From the NCBI GenBank assembly GCA_965221695.1, contig OZ244905.1:736001-800000 (forward strand): a stretch of DNA of 64,000 nucleotides, written 5' to 3'. Positions 1 through 9,681 of the stretch are shown here, one piece after another. The first letter of the stretch is position 1, and every line of letters starts with the position of its first letter. The notes under the pieces are model-generated. The model was not told the origin of the DNA. It did no database searches and saw only the letters and a program-made list of their open reading frames with translations. The stretch comes from Gammaproteobacteria bacterium (GTDB taxonomy: Bacteria > Pseudomonadota > Gammaproteobacteria > Eutrophobiales > Eutrophobiaceae). Made by a program: the position numbers and the translations under genes.

Positions 1-784
1 CTGTATGAGATGTCACCGTTTTTGCAGCCACATCCGACAGGCCTGTCTTGTACACAACGATAGGCTTTCCGGCCTTCGCGGCCTTTTTGCAAGCCTCAAC
101 AAAAGCGAATCCATCCCGAATACCTTCTATAAACAGCGCAAGTACACGCACCTCTTCCAGTTCAATTACGTAATTCATATATTCATGGAGCTGTATATCC
201 GTTTCGTTCCCGGTTGCTGCCCAATGGCTGAAACCCACACCCTCTTCAAGTCCCCGGCCCAACATTGACCCACCCAAAGCGCCGCTTTGAGTCAGGAAAG
301 CTATATCTCCTTTCTTGAAAGTCTCTATCTGACAAACCATCGATATACAGGCTACAAAGGAATGAAGGTTTCCTATAATTCCCGCAGAGTTGGGACCACA
401 AAAACGAATACCTGCATCAGTACAAATCGATTTCAATTGTGCTTCCAGTTTACTTTCACCTGCATCACTGAAACCTGAAGAAAATACTATCGCAGCTTTC
501 ACACCTTTGTTGGCACACTGACGCATAACGGGGATGGTGTGTTTGGCAGGGACAAGTACAAGCGCCAGGTCCACTTCCTCAGGAATATCCTCCACCGAAG
601 GATAGCACTTGTGCCCTGCGACGCTGTTGTGTCTGGGATTGACCGGATATATATCGCCGGCAAATCCATGCTTGATCAAATGAGCAATAGCCGCTGTGCC
701 CATTTTGGGAGACCCGGTGACTGAATCGCCCTCAGACGCGCCAACAATCGCTACAGATTTTGGTGAGAAAATTCGGTCAAGCAC
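1..784 (-). CDS. Acetate--CoA ligase (ADP-forming acyl-CoA synthetase) family protein, N-terminal part; runs off the window edge
   Basis: Not in the ORF track; translated by hand from GTG at 784: MLDRIFSPKSVAIVGAS...IYPVNP...GDIAFLTQSGALG...ATGNETD...GKPIVVYKTG...SHT, the typical CoA-binding/ACD alpha motifs. Confidence 0.85.
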   Translation of the reverse strand, partial: MLDRIFSPKSVAIVGASEGDSVTGSPKMGTAAIAHLIKHGFAGDIYPVNPRHNSVAGHKCYPSVEDIPEEVDLALVLVPAKHTIPVMRQCANKGVKAAIVFSSGFSDAGESKLEAQLKSICTDAGIRFCGPNSAGIIGNLHSFVACISMVCQIETFKKGDIAFLTQSGALGGSMLGRGLEEGVGFSHWAATGNETDIQLHEYMNYVIELEEVRVLALFIEGIRDGFAFVEACKKAAKAGKPIVVYKTGLSDVAAKTVTSHT

Positions 785-787
785 AAA

Positions 788-2578
788 TTACCTTCCCATC
801 AATGGCGAGAGATCACTCCAGTCATACGGGAAGGGAGTTGTTCCTTCCTTAACCACTGCCGGCACTGCATACCGGGTAACATCTGTGGCACTGTCAACAT
901 TAATCTGGCATAGCGCTCCGGATTCAAGCGCTTCTTTCAATGCCGGTTTAAATTCATCCGGTTTGCTTACTCGCCACACTCGAGCGCCCATAGCCTCACC
1001 CAGGCTATCAAGGTCAGGATTCCAAGGCTCACCGGTCTTCTCAATGCGGTAATGGTCTCCCACACCCCTCCCAAATCGCCTTTTTGCTCCTTCAACTTCT
1101 GCTTGTATCGTTTTGTTATCGAAAACTACAATGACACCGGAAAAGCCATACTCTGTACAGGTCGCCAGCGCGGTTGCGCAATGGAGATAAGCCTGGTCTC
1201 CACAAAATGAAACCATCGGATGCTCCGGGCGAGCTAAACCATTAGCGATCAGGGCTGGCGGCGTAAAACCCATTTGCCCAAACTGTTGTGTGTTATGCCC
1301 GATATAAGGATGGCGTAATTCATAAAATGCAGGAATGTAATTCATGATAAAGCCCGCATCGCTTGTAATGGAAGTCTGCGGGTCGAAATCATTGATGACA
1401 TCCGAAGCATCCTTGACTATGCGCGCATACTCCATAGGCGCAATATCAGAAGTGACAAGCGGCACTACTTCCCGGTTCCACTCCCGGCGCCAGGTTTCTA
1501 TTTGACCGATCCACGCTGAGAGGTCTTTGGATATCGCTCCTTCCGTATCCAGTGTTTCGAGCAGACCACGCAGCCCCAGTGCGGCATCCGACACAATTGC
1601 AACATCAGCGGAATAAATACGGCCTATTTCAGCAGGGTCAATATCGATATGAATCAACTTCTGGGTGTTTGGAATATCAAAAAAGTTCCAACCTGCGGTA
1701 TTCAAATCATTGAAACGCACACCGATACCAATTATCAGGTCCGCATGATTTATCGCGTTCACCGCCTGACCCGTGCCTGAGCGATTGCTTACACCTAAGG
1801 AAAGTGGATGATTTTCCGGAATTGAACCTTTACCACCAAATGTCGTTGCGACAGGGATACTGGTTTTTTCAGAGAATGCCAGGAGTTCTTCCCACGCCCT
1901 GGAGTTATGCACACCCGAACTGCAATATACAACAGGACGTTCAGCCTCGCCTATCAATGCCGCTGCTTCTCTTAACGCGCGAGGATCAGGAGCTGGTTTT
2001 GCTACCTGTACTTGCCTGACATGATATTCAGTGATGTTAACATCTACTTCCGTATTTTGGACATCCAGGGGCATGTACAGAACAACAGGACCAGGTCGTC
2101 CGCTAATTGCAGTTTTATACGCGCGGATCAATGTATCCAACACCGTATCCGGACGAATCGTCATAACCGCCATCTTTGTGATGGGCTTTAGCATCTGCAC
2201 AAACTCATCGTCGCCGTAGCGGTAAACTTCCTGAATTCCACCCCGGCCATGCCATTTTGTCGGGCCACCGCCCATCAGGCACAGCATGGGCGTGGAATCA
2301 AAGAATGCTTCAGCAATACCGGGAATGGTGTTGAAGTTTCCGGGCCCCACCGTGGTGCAGGTAACGGGAAGCGGCCCATGTCTGCGCAAGCGCCAGTCCA
2401 TATCAGCCGCATGTATCGCCTGCACTTCGTGCCTGGTGCGGATACCTTTTATCTCTGCATCATATTCCAGGGCATCAAGAAGTCCCCAATTGGAATGTCC
2501 GTTGTAAAAATAATACCGATCCGTTCCCATTTTTTTCAGGAAGGTTGCAACTACTTGCGCTGCCGTCATTTTTGTCAT
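788..2578 (-). CDS. Thiamine-diphosphate-dependent enzyme (acetolactate synthase-like superfamily)
   Basis: RHE catalytic Glu, TVGPGNFN, GRPGPV, IHIDIDPAEIGR, and a GDQ...DNK ThDP-binding motif; start placed at MTKMTAAQ. Confidence 0.85.
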   Translation of the reverse strand: MTKMTAAQVVATFLKKMGTDRYYFYNGHSNWGLLDALEYDAEIKGIRTRHEVQAIHAADMDWRLRRHGPLPVTCTTVGPGNFNTIPGIAEAFFDSTPMLCLMGGGPTKWHGRGGIQEVYRYGDDEFVQMLKPITKMAVMTIRPDTVLDTLIRAYKTAISGRPGPVVLYMPLDVQNTEVDVNITEYHVRQVQVAKPAPDPRALREAAALIGEAERPVVYCSSGVHNSRAWEELLAFSEKTSIPVATTFGGKGSIPENHPLSLGVSNRSGTGQAVNAINHADLIIGIGVRFNDLNTAGWNFFDIPNTQKLIHIDIDPAEIGRIYSADVAIVSDAALGLRGLLETLDTEGAISKDLSAWIGQIETWRREWNREVVPLVTSDIAPMEYARIVKDASDVINDFDPQTSITSDAGFIMNYIPAFYELRHPYIGHNTQQFGQMGFTPPALIANGLARPEHPMVSFCGDQAYLHCATALATCTEYGFSGVIVVFDNKTIQAEVEGAKRRFGRGVGDHYRIEKTGEPWNPDLDSLGEAMGARVWRVSKPDEFKPALKEALESGALCQINVDSATDVTRYAVPAVVKEGTTPFPYDWSDLSPLMGR

Positions 2579-2640
2579 AGTCAATTCCCAAGCGCTCTGG
2601 ATATTATAGAATCTCCGGGTAGTATATTTTGAAAACACAC

Positions 2641-2665
2641 AAATATTATTGTTCCATTAACATTT
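2641..2665. promoter_or_regulatory. Putative operator AAATATTATT-N5-ATTAACATTT (island motif, copy 1)
   Basis: Imperfect palindrome in the divergent ThDP/ALDH intergenic region; three more copies in island promoters. Confidence 0.6.
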
Positions 2666-2740
2666 ACATTAGTCTATAATCAAATGTATTGCAATACGTA
2701 AATATTCATTTCTCCGTAAGCCAGCCTGTAACAGTTCTCA

Positions 2741-4177
2741 ATGTATAACCGGATGTTAATTGATAACAAGTGGTGCGACAGCATCAGTGGTCGTGAATTT
2801 GTGTCAATAAACCCTGCCAGCGAAGAAGAAATAACAGCTATTCCGCTGGCGAGCAAAGAAGATGTTGATGCCGCCGTTACTTCCGGCAGGCGCGCTTTCA
2901 AGGAGTGGAAAAAAACCACGCCACAGGAACGGGCCGGCCTGCTAAACCAGTTGGCAAATCTATTGGAGGAAAACAAAGACGAGATTGCACGGCTCGAAAC
3001 TCTGGATATGGGGAAACCTTTAAGGGAATCATATACAAATATCGCTCGTTCTGTTACGACAGCCCGTTACTATGCCGGCGCCGCAGATAAATTTGAAGGC
3101 AACAGCTACCCTGTTGACTCAAATACATATAACTTTTCCGTCTACGAACCCCTTGGTGTTACTGCTCATATAACCCCATGGAATTATCCTCTTGCCAACG
3201 TGATGAGGTCGCTACCAACCGCAATTGCCGCCGGTTGTACTGTTATTGTAAAGCCGGCATTGGATACAACGTTATCGTCGCTTTTTTTGGCCAAGCTTTG
3301 TGTCGATGCAGGTTTTCCACCAGGAGTTATCAATGTTATCAGTGGTTCCGGTACGGAGACAGGCGCTGCCCTGGCCAAGCACCCGGGTGTAGCTGGAATT
3401 ACATTCACCGGGTCCGTTTCGACAGGAACAAAAATCATGAAGTCCGCCTCTCTGACAATAAAGCCGGTCGTGCTTGAATTAGGGGGTAAGAATCCTCAGG
3501 TGGTATTTTCAGATGCAGATATCGAACATGCCGTTAATGAGACCGTGCGCGGCGCATATACCAATGCCGGTCAGGTCTGTACATCTGTGAGTCGGCTGCT
3601 TATCGAAAAACCTGTTTACACTGACTATATCGAACGTTTGAAACACAGGCTCGAATCATTAACTATTGACGATGGTATGAATAACCCTGATATCGGTCCT
3701 CTGGTAAGTCAGAAACATTACAACGATGTAGCGAATTATGTCGCAATTGCCAAGTCAGAAGGGGCCAAACTTGTAACGGGCGGAAGTCGGGCTGATAAAT
3801 TTGATAGAGGATATTTTTATACGCCTACATTGTATGCAGACGTCACAAACAACATGCGGATTGCGCAGGAAGAAGTGTTTGGTTTAGTCCTGTCCGCGAT
3901 GTCATTTGAAAATGAGCAGCAAGCGCTGGCAATTGCCAATGATTCTCCATTTGGTCTGACCTCTGGTATTTTTACAAAAGATATTGACCGGGCTATGCGC
4001 TTTGCAAAAGATATGGAAGCCGGTATGGTCTGGGTGAATAAGTGGTTTCAAAGCCCTGTTCAAGTCCCTCACGGGGGTGTCAAGACAAGCGGGTTAGGTA
4101 GGGAACAGGGAATGATTGCCCTCAGAAACTACTCTCAGGTCAAAGACATATCAATCTTTATCAGCAATCAATCCTGA
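2741..4177 (+). CDS. NAD(P)-dependent aldehyde dehydrogenase
   Basis: ITPWNYP, FTGS, LELGGKNP, NAGQVCTS (catalytic Cys), EEVFG. Confidence 0.95.
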   Translation: MYNRMLIDNKWCDSISGREFVSINPASEEEITAIPLASKEDVDAAVTSGRRAFKEWKKTTPQERAGLLNQLANLLEENKDEIARLETLDMGKPLRESYTNIARSVTTARYYAGAADKFEGNSYPVDSNTYNFSVYEPLGVTAHITPWNYPLANVMRSLPTAIAAGCTVIVKPALDTTLSSLFLAKLCVDAGFPPGVINVISGSGTETGAALAKHPGVAGITFTGSVSTGTKIMKSASLTIKPVVLELGGKNPQVVFSDADIEHAVNETVRGAYTNAGQVCTSVSRLLIEKPVYTDYIERLKHRLESLTIDDGMNNPDIGPLVSQKHYNDVANYVAIAKSEGAKLVTGGSRADKFDRGYFYTPTLYADVTNNMRIAQEEVFGLVLSAMSFENEQQALAIANDSPFGLTSGIFTKDIDRAMRFAKDMEAGMVWVNKWFQSPVQVPHGGVKTSGLGREQGMIALRNYSQVKDISIFISNQS

Positions 4178-4193
4178 ATAGGAAGCCGTGTTA

Positions 4194-4223
4194 GGAAAGC
4201 TCTGACTTAATCACAGAGGTTCC
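4194..4223. mobile_element. ~30-bp solo derivative of an IS5-type MITE
   Basis: GGAAAGCTCTGACTTAATCACAGAGGTTCC, similar to the copies at 12.1, 12.2, 14.45 and 41.1 kb. Confidence 0.55.
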
Positions 4224-4271
4224 CTGAGAGATTCTTATACGCTCAGAATTTACTCGGCATTTTGCCGTATT

Positions 4272-5000
4272 TCAGGAAACGAGAAACCCCCCGTCAATGT
4301 CAAGCACAGTTCCGGTTACGTATGTTGCCTGCATGGAATAAATATAAGCAATAGCCGTCTCCTCGATCGTCGCAACTTTACCCACCGGATTTATGGCTGA
4401 AAATTTTTCATTTAAGTGACTCCACAAACCGTCTTCAATATCACTGTAGATCGGCGTTTCCACCAGGCCCGGTGAGACCACGTTTACTCTTGTTGGCGCC
4501 AACTCCCGCGCGCCATACATTGCCAATCCCTCTATAGCACAGTTATTAGGCCCAATGACCGAGTGTTTATCGACAAAACGTCTGGCAGCTACTCCGGATG
4601 TTAAAGTAATAGAGCCGTCTTTTTTTACCGAAGAGGCGCCGATTTGCATCGTCATGAATTGCGACCAATACTTGGATAGCATGAATACCTTCGCTTTTTC
4701 CAGATTAATCTCGTGAATTGGCGCCATGGCTGCTGGGAGCACATCCGGACTGGCAGAATGTTGCGTACAAACGAGGTGGTCAATCTGGCCTGTCTGGGAA
4801 AACATATTACGTATTGAATTTTCGTCGTTTGCATCCACCTTGATAAATTTTGCACCCTGAAGATCATCAGCAGACCTATCCGGGTTTCTGCTTGCTACTG
4901 TAACCTGCATACCTTCATTCAGGGCAGCCATGGCAACGCCAAGACCGATACCACGACTGCCGCCGACGATGAGCAGCCTGGAATTTTCCAGAGATTTCAT
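4272..5000 (-). CDS. Short-chain dehydrogenase/reductase (atypical)
   Basis: GGSRGIG, RVNVVSPG, TGTVLDIDGG; no YxxxK motif. Confidence 0.85.
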   Translation of the reverse strand: MKSLENSRLLIVGGSRGIGLGVAMAALNEGMQVTVASRNPDRSADDLQGAKFIKVDANDENSIRNMFSQTGQIDHLVCTQHSASPDVLPAAMAPIHEINLEKAKVFMLSKYWSQFMTMQIGASSVKKDGSITLTSGVAARRFVDKHSVIGPNNCAIEGLAMYGARELAPTRVNVVSPGLVETPIYSDIEDGLWSHLNEKFSAINPVGKVATIEETAIAYIYSMQATYVTGTVLDIDGGFLVS

Positions 5001-5041
5001 ATGGATATTACCTCGTCAATACAATTTAATCAGATGGCTTC

Positions 5042-6148
5042 TCAATTGAATTTAAGAATTGGTTTTATTGTTCTACCTTCCTCAAGATCCTTAGCGGCAT
5101 TATTTATGTCTTTGAATTCATAGTATTTTACTATTTCATCAAGCGGGAAGCGGCCTTGCTGATAAAGATCAATCAATTGGGGTATAAGTATGTCCGGAAT
5201 GGTATCCCCGGCAAGGATCCCTCTTATTGTCTTTCCCTTGAATAACTCGTATATGTCAATTTCCAGTTTCGACCCCATGGGAGCGACACCTACCACACCA
5301 CAAATTCCTGTCTGTGACAAACAACGAAATGCCTGAGAAAGCACCTCCGGCACTCCGTTGGCCCAAAGAGAATAAGCAGCACCCCGCCCCCCAGTGATCT
5401 CTTTGATAGCCTCTACAGGATCAGCTTCTTTCGCGTTGACTGTATGAGTGGCGCCCAATTCCAAAGCTTGTTTGAGCCGGTTTTGAATGATATCGACCGC
5501 GATAATTTCCGCCACACCTGAAACCTTCGCAGCCATGATAGCTGCCATTCCCACTGACCCTGACCCGAAAACGGCAAGGGAAGAACCCAAGGGTACGGAC
5601 AAAGAACGCAGAACGGCGCCTGCCCCTGTTTGGAAACCGCAGCCAAGCGGACCAAGCAGTTCAATCGGCACGTCCTTGTCTACCTTTACAACACCGTCTT
5701 CAGTTACGAGCGCGTAGTTGGAAAACGATGACTGTCCCATAAATGCAGACGATAAGTTTTCAAATTTATCCGAACTTAACAAACTTGTGTCTCTCTTACC
5801 TGTCCCGGAAAATATCCATTGCTGCGTTTTTGGGCAATAAGTGGGCTTTCCGGACTGACATTGGTCGCAAACACCACAATGTGGATATGTCAAAACAACA
5901 TGGTCGCCTGGCGCTACCTTTTGAACACCATCACCTACTGCTTCAACAACTCCTGAACCTTCATGTCCCAATACAGCAGGCATCGCGAAAGGTAAATAAC
6001 CATCTCTGACTGACAAATCGGTATGGCATAACCCTGTTGCTGCCAACTTAACACGTACCTCACCGAAACGAAGTTCATCACTCAAACTGACCTCCATCAG
6101 TTCGAATGGTTTGCCAACATCATGAGTAACAGCAACAGTTGTCTGCAC
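5042..6148 (-). CDS. Zn-dependent aryl/benzyl-alcohol dehydrogenase (XylB/AreB-like)
   Basis: CHTD, GHEGSG, structural Zn motif CGVCDQC...C, LGPLGCGFQTGAG, GRFPLD. Confidence 0.9.
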   Translation of the reverse strand: MQTTVAVTHDVGKPFELMEVSLSDELRFGEVRVKLAATGLCHTDLSVRDGYLPFAMPAVLGHEGSGVVEAVGDGVQKVAPGDHVVLTYPHCGVCDQCQSGKPTYCPKTQQWIFSGTGKRDTSLLSSDKFENLSSAFMGQSSFSNYALVTEDGVVKVDKDVPIELLGPLGCGFQTGAGAVLRSLSVPLGSSLAVFGSGSVGMAAIMAAKVSGVAEIIAVDIIQNRLKQALELGATHTVNAKEADPVEAIKEITGGRGAAYSLWANGVPEVLSQAFRCLSQTGICGVVGVAPMGSKLEIDIYELFKGKTIRGILAGDTIPDILIPQLIDLYQQGRFPLDEIVKYYEFKDINNAAKDLEEGRTIKPILKFN

Positions 6149-6236
6149 TTTTCACCTCTCAAACGATAATATGCCGATAAATTCCCATAGTCGGATGAAG
6201 CCCCAAGCTCTTCCATCCTAACATAACAGAAAGAAC

Positions 6237-6261
6237 AATTGTTAATGTTATGGTAACACTA
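6237..6261. promoter_or_regulatory. Putative operator AATTGTTAAT-N5-GGTAACACTA (island motif, copy 2)
   Basis: Lies between the divergent ADH and Rrf2 genes. Confidence 0.5.
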
Positions 6262-6453
6262 ATTTTATCTAATGATCCATCCATTAATCAGCATCATGTC
6301 CGATAATTTTCCCGGCGCCGGGCGCTTTCATGGAAAACGGGAAATTAAGGGCGATAATCAGCCGTTACTATTGTGATAAAATTCAGTTATCCTACTCATT
6401 CCAATAAATCAATCTATTTTATTATTTTCCCTTGTAGAGGCTCTGGATCTTCT

Positions 6454-6858
6454 GTGTCAAAGTCAGTCAGACTAGCAACTGCTATTGAAATTCTGGTGTA
6501 CATGGCCGAGCATTTGCCTGAGCCGGTAACCACTAAAGATATAGCAATGTCATTGCAGCAGCATCCGGCACGCGTGCGGCAGTTGGTGTCAGACCTTGTG
6601 AAGAAGGGAATACTTTCAACAACAAGGGGAACCGGAGGTGGTTCCTCCCTGGCAAGGATGCCTGCTGAGATAACATTAGAAGACATTTACCTGGCTGTAG
6701 AAGAACAGTCTGTCCTTTCAGTATTTACCCACGACGCAAAAAAGCAGGATGATTTACAGCAACAAGTCAATACACTGTTTGAAACATTTGAAAACAAACT
6801 CATGAATGATATGCGAAGCTATTCGTTAACATACTTCCTGAATAAGAACTCAAGGTAG
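6454..6858 (+). CDS. Rrf2-family transcriptional regulator (no cysteines)
   Basis: wHTH with RGTGGGSSLARMPAEITLEDIYLAVE signature; GTG start at 6454 chosen by family length. Confidence 0.85.
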   Translation: MSKSVRLATAIEILVYMAEHLPEPVTTKDIAMSLQQHPARVRQLVSDLVKKGILSTTRGTGGGSSLARMPAEITLEDIYLAVEEQSVLSVFTHDAKKQDDLQQQVNTLFETFENKLMNDMRSYSLTYFLNKNSR

Positions 6859-6932
6859 CCTTGAGGTTCCCTGAGTCTTTTCGAACAGGCAAGTGCCAAT
6901 AATGAGCCAAGTTTGTAGTGAGGGCTGAAATT

Positions 6933-7739
6933 ATGTCAATTTTACAAGGTAAAGTAATACTTATTACAGGCGCAGCAGGCGGCATCGGAAAAGCTGCAAG
7001 TGATCTGCTTGCCAGAAACCAAGCCACTGTTATCGCCACTGATATCAATGATGGAATCGGTATGGATTTCGTTTCCCGTTTGTCCGATAAAAACTATGCC
7101 ATTGATTACCAACACCTTGACGTAACCAATGAAGAACAATGGATAAACACAATTGAGGCCATAGTAAATAAACATAAAAAAATCGATGTGCTGGTAAATA
7201 ACGCAGGCGTAACTATGGGGGGGTTGTTGGAGAATATGGCCTTTGAGGATTGGAGATATATTCTAGGTGTCAACCTGGATGGCGCATTTCTGGGAACAAA
7301 ACATGCAATTAGAGCAATGAAACATACGGGTGGCGTGATTATCAACGTATCCTCGATAACGGCAATACAAGCCTTTCCATTTACCGGCGCCGCCGGTTCC
7401 AGTAAATCCGCCCTGAATCAGTTGACTAAAGTTGCGGCCCAGGAATGCGCCAGAGAGAATTACCCGATCAGAATAAATTGCGTCAATCCCGGCGCAGTGG
7501 ATACCTTGCTCTGGTCGGAGCAAGGATGGTCATCCAGTTCTGATTACATAGATCATGAGGAGCATGCCAGACAGGAAATCATGAATGAAATTCCCCTGAA
7601 ACGATTTGCAGACCCTGCGGAAATTGCTCAGGGGATATTATTCTTGGCCAGTGATGCTTCCTCCTACATGCACGGATCTGAAATTACCATAGACGGCGGC
7701 GTTACTTCAGGGCATTCAGGAAGAAGAGTGACCAAATGA
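6933..7739 (+). CDS. SDR, 3-alpha(20-beta)-hydroxysteroid dehydrogenase-like
   Basis: TGAAGGIG, LVNNAG, IRINCVNPG, IDGG; AGSSK sits where YxxxK is expected. Confidence 0.85.
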   Translation: MSILQGKVILITGAAGGIGKAASDLLARNQATVIATDINDGIGMDFVSRLSDKNYAIDYQHLDVTNEEQWINTIEAIVNKHKKIDVLVNNAGVTMGGLLENMAFEDWRYILGVNLDGAFLGTKHAIRAMKHTGGVIINVSSITAIQAFPFTGAAGSSKSALNQLTKVAAQECARENYPIRINCVNPGAVDTLLWSEQGWSSSSDYIDHEEHARQEIMNEIPLKRFADPAEIAQGILFLASDASSYMHGSEITIDGGVTSGHSGRRVTK

Positions 7740-7798
7740 GGAATGAAAAGTGTTCCGGTATACAGACGTTATCGTGAAGCAAAATTCCCTGGAACTCA

Positions 7799-8821
7799 TC
7801 ACAAGTAGGATGACGCTACGTTAACAACTATTTTTCCTATTTGCTGATTTGACTCCATATATTCATGCGCCCGTACAATTTCGTCAAGTGAAAACACACG
7901 GTCAATCAATGGTTTGAGTTTTCCTTCTACCAGCCAATTTTTGATATCGGCCACAGACTTTTGTTTCAAGCGCGGATCATTGACCAGTTCCCATAATGTA
8001 TAGCCCTGCAGAACAGCTCCCTTTTTCATCGCCTTCACTAACGGATAAACTATCGGCTGATTATCCAATTGGCCATAAAGAAATATGGAACCTTTGTGAG
8101 CCAGGCAATCAAAAAACTCATTGACAATGGCTCCCGATATCGGGTCAAAGACTAAATCAACCCCATTTCCTCCTGTAATCCTGTTAACCGCTTCTACAAG
8201 ATTTTCTTCCGATGTAACGACGGTGTAGTCTGCACCGATTTCAAGAAGGGCGTCAGCCTTTGATGATGAACGTGTTGTGGCAATCACTTTTGCGCCAAGC
8301 ATCTTTGCCATTTGTATTGCACCAACTCCAACACTCGAAGTTGCAGCGGAAATTAAAACAAAATTATCCGGCTGAAGATCAGAATAAAGCGATAATGGAC
8401 CGTAAGCTGTCAGGTACTGTTGCCAAATTGCAGCCGCATCAATATCCGATAAATTTTCAGGTGGTTTGGCAAGGCAGAAGGCAGGCACAACGGCGGTCTC
8501 ACCATAAACACCATATTTTGACATGTCAAAGCATGGAATTGTTGTCACCCTTTCTCCCGGATTGAACCCCTGCACACCCTCGCCCAACTCGTCAATCACG
8601 CCAACCGCCTCCTTGCCCAGTTTGGATGGGAATACAGCATTACTCATGGGGTATGAACCATCTCGCATTTGAATCTCCGATCTGTTGAGACCAAAGGCAA
8701 GAATCTTAAGTCGCACCTCGCCAGCTTGTGGGATCTCGGGAGGCAGCGCTTCGATTTTTAATACATCCGCTGAACCAAGCGCATGAAATCTGACAACCTT
8801 AACCATATCCGTTTTCATCAA
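7799..8821 (-). CDS. Zn-independent MDR / NADPH:quinone oxidoreductase family
   Basis: AATSSVG, GAKVIATTRS, AHEYMESNQQIGKIVV. Confidence 0.85.
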   Translation of the reverse strand: MMKTDMVKVVRFHALGSADVLKIEALPPEIPQAGEVRLKILAFGLNRSEIQMRDGSYPMSNAVFPSKLGKEAVGVIDELGEGVQGFNPGERVTTIPCFDMSKYGVYGETAVVPAFCLAKPPENLSDIDAAAIWQQYLTAYGPLSLYSDLQPDNFVLISAATSSVGVGAIQMAKMLGAKVIATTRSSSKADALLEIGADYTVVTSEENLVEAVNRITGGNGVDLVFDPISGAIVNEFFDCLAHKGSIFLYGQLDNQPIVYPLVKAMKKGAVLQGYTLWELVNDPRLKQKSVADIKNWLVEGKLKPLIDRVFSLDEIVRAHEYMESNQQIGKIVVNVASSYL

Positions 8822-8822
8822 T

Positions 8823-9632
8823 TTACATGGAATATCCGCCGTTTACGCGTATGCATTGCCCTGTGATGTATTCAGCGGCGTCTGAGGCAAGAAACACCAC
8901 TGCATTTGCAGCATCTTCCGGTCTTGTAAGACGCCCTAAACCCTTGCCCAAGGGATAAGAACGGAGCATTTTTGCCAAAGTTTCATTATTTTCGGCCGTG
9001 GCATCCTCAGCAAGGAAGTCAGCCATGGGGCTTTCGTGAGAAACAGCGGCCAACGACACAACATTAACATTAATGCAATTCCTTCCCAATTCCTGTGCCA
9101 AGGACTTGCTCATTGCCAATACTGCGGCCTTTGCGCCGCTATACATCACATAGCGTGATTGTCCCACAAGGCCGGCATCAGAGATTATGCATATGATTTT
9201 CCCCTCCCTGTTCTCTATCATATCCGGCGCTAAGGTATGGATGGTATTGGCTGTTCCATAAATATTGAGGTCCACAATCTTCTTCCAATCTTCAGCTTTT
9301 GAATCATGAAATAATGGTAATCCAACTTCACCGGATCGCCGTTCCGGGATGATGCCTGCGTTACTAACCAATATGGATGGAGCTCCCAACTGGTCTTTTA
9401 TGCAGTCTGCCATGTCACGCACCAGCTCCAGTTTTGTTACATCTGCAACCGCGCTGATTGCTTTTCCCCCCGCACAATTTATTTCATCTGCAACAGCATC
9501 TGCTCTTTCCTGGATCAAGTCGTTTACGGCAACATACGCGCCTTCTTCCGCAAGCCTCAGACTTATCCTGCGGCCCACACCTTGACCACCACCAGTAACC
9601 AAAGCCACTTTCCCGTTCAGACACAGTTCCAT
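8823..9632 (-). CDS. SDR (3-hydroxyacyl-CoA dehydrogenase / BadH-like)
   Basis: TGGGQGVG, SDAG, YSGAK, ITGQCIRVNGG; start MELCLNG has a GAGGA RBS. Confidence 0.85.
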   Translation of the reverse strand: MELCLNGKVALVTGGGQGVGRRISLRLAEEGAYVAVNDLIQERADAVADEINCAGGKAISAVADVTKLELVRDMADCIKDQLGAPSILVSNAGIIPERRSGEVGLPLFHDSKAEDWKKIVDLNIYGTANTIHTLAPDMIENREGKIICIISDAGLVGQSRYVMYSGAKAAVLAMSKSLAQELGRNCINVNVVSLAAVSHESPMADFLAEDATAENNETLAKMLRSYPLGKGLGRLTRPEDAANAVVFLASDAAEYITGQCIRVNGGYSM

Positions 9633-9681
9633 ATTCCTCACCTGATATTTATATAAATCACAACTATGAGCGTTGTATGAT

